Of a DNA stretch of 64,000 nt, positions 63,240 through 64,000 are shown one piece after another; the stretch's first letter is position 1, and each line of letters opens with the position of its first letter. The stretch is from Felis catus (lineage: Eukaryota), in NCBI RefSeq assembly GCF_018350175.1, contig NC_058368.1, forward strand, positions 229,774,001 to 229,838,000, in the 5' to 3' direction. The notes beneath the pieces were generated by a model. It made no database searches. It worked only from the letters and a program-made list of their open reading frames with translations, and had not been told where the DNA came from. Position numbers and translations under genes: made by a program.

Positions 63240-63880
63240 ATTAAGTTATGAAATTCTACCACAAAACAAAGACATAGAAGCCAGCAAAGAACCTAGACCT
63301 TTGCTCTAAGAGATAAAAACAAAAAAACAAACAAAAACAAAGAGGGGCATCTGGCTGGGTTAGCTGGAGGAACATATGATTCTTGATCTTGGGGTTGTGA
63401 GTTCTAGGCCCACATTGGGCATAGAGGTTCCTTAAATAAATAAACTTAAAACGAAACAAAAGACAAATAGCAAAGCAGGTGGTAAACAAAACCAGTATGG
63501 GATTAAAAACATCACCAGTGAGATAAAACTACTTTAGAAATAAAAGGTAGAACCACAGAATGGGAAATTAAATTAATGAAGTAGAAGATAAAGTCATGGC
63601 ACACCTGAGAAATGTGGGAAGACATTAAAAAGATAGGACATATGATGCATGATGTAGGACCTAAAGGAAAAAACACAGAAGTCTAAACTGGATATACTAG
63701 TTTCCAAAGCAACAGAATGTATGTCACATACTAAGTCGCTAAATACTTCCAAAGTGAAAAGAGGGATTGAGTTTCCAATTGGAGAGACATTATAGAGTGC
63801 CAATTTAAAAAATAATAATAATAAAAGCACAAACCAATACAAAGAATTATTCATAAAATTTACAAACATTAGGGGAATAT
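63240..63880 (+). mobile_element. Decayed L1 ORF1/HAL1-like region
   Basis: A-rich with aaattaatgaagtagaagataaag...gagtttccaattggagagac...cataaaatttacaaacattagg, ORF1-like. Confidence 0.5.
63343..63450 (+). mobile_element. Short SINEC_c-like SINE
   Basis: ggggcatctggctgg...tcttgatcttggggttgtgagttctaggcccacattgggcatagag. Confidence 0.85.
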
Positions 63881-64000
63881 TAGTAGATGGCATATATTGA
63901 TAAGTGTGCAGTGTATAGAAATCAACTATTTTGATTGTTTGCCCTATAGAATATAGTGTGAAATATATCACTAAGTAATATACACATATGTAATAGTATA

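Overview
Mammalian (felid, most likely cat) non-coding genomic DNA, intronic or intergenic. The lineage call rests on about 30 roughly 200-bp tRNA-derived CAN-SINEs of the feline SINEC_Fc type plus 3 short SINEC_c-like copies. Most have visible target-site duplications (TSDs), and two carry the diagnostic bases of the youngest subfamily. The rest is a typical eutherian repeat fossil record (L1, L2, MIR, MaLR LTRs, MER20, MER5, MER33, MER46C, MER47, MER8), microsatellites and unique AT-rich DNA. I recognise no protein-coding exon, RNA gene or CRISPR array. The ORF track is explained by SINE/L1 translation or chance. I found no credible novel biological system. The best leads are modest: two independent SINE insertions at the same homologous site of two L1 copies; an L1 copy that ends early yet keeps its TSD; a minisatellite with nested T-rich microsatellites; a CpG-retaining zone at 12.6-14.2 kb; strong CTCF-like and RFX X-box motifs; and a few unverified exon-like segments. 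Repeat family names come from recalled consensus sequences, and boundaries are approximate (about 10-50 bp).
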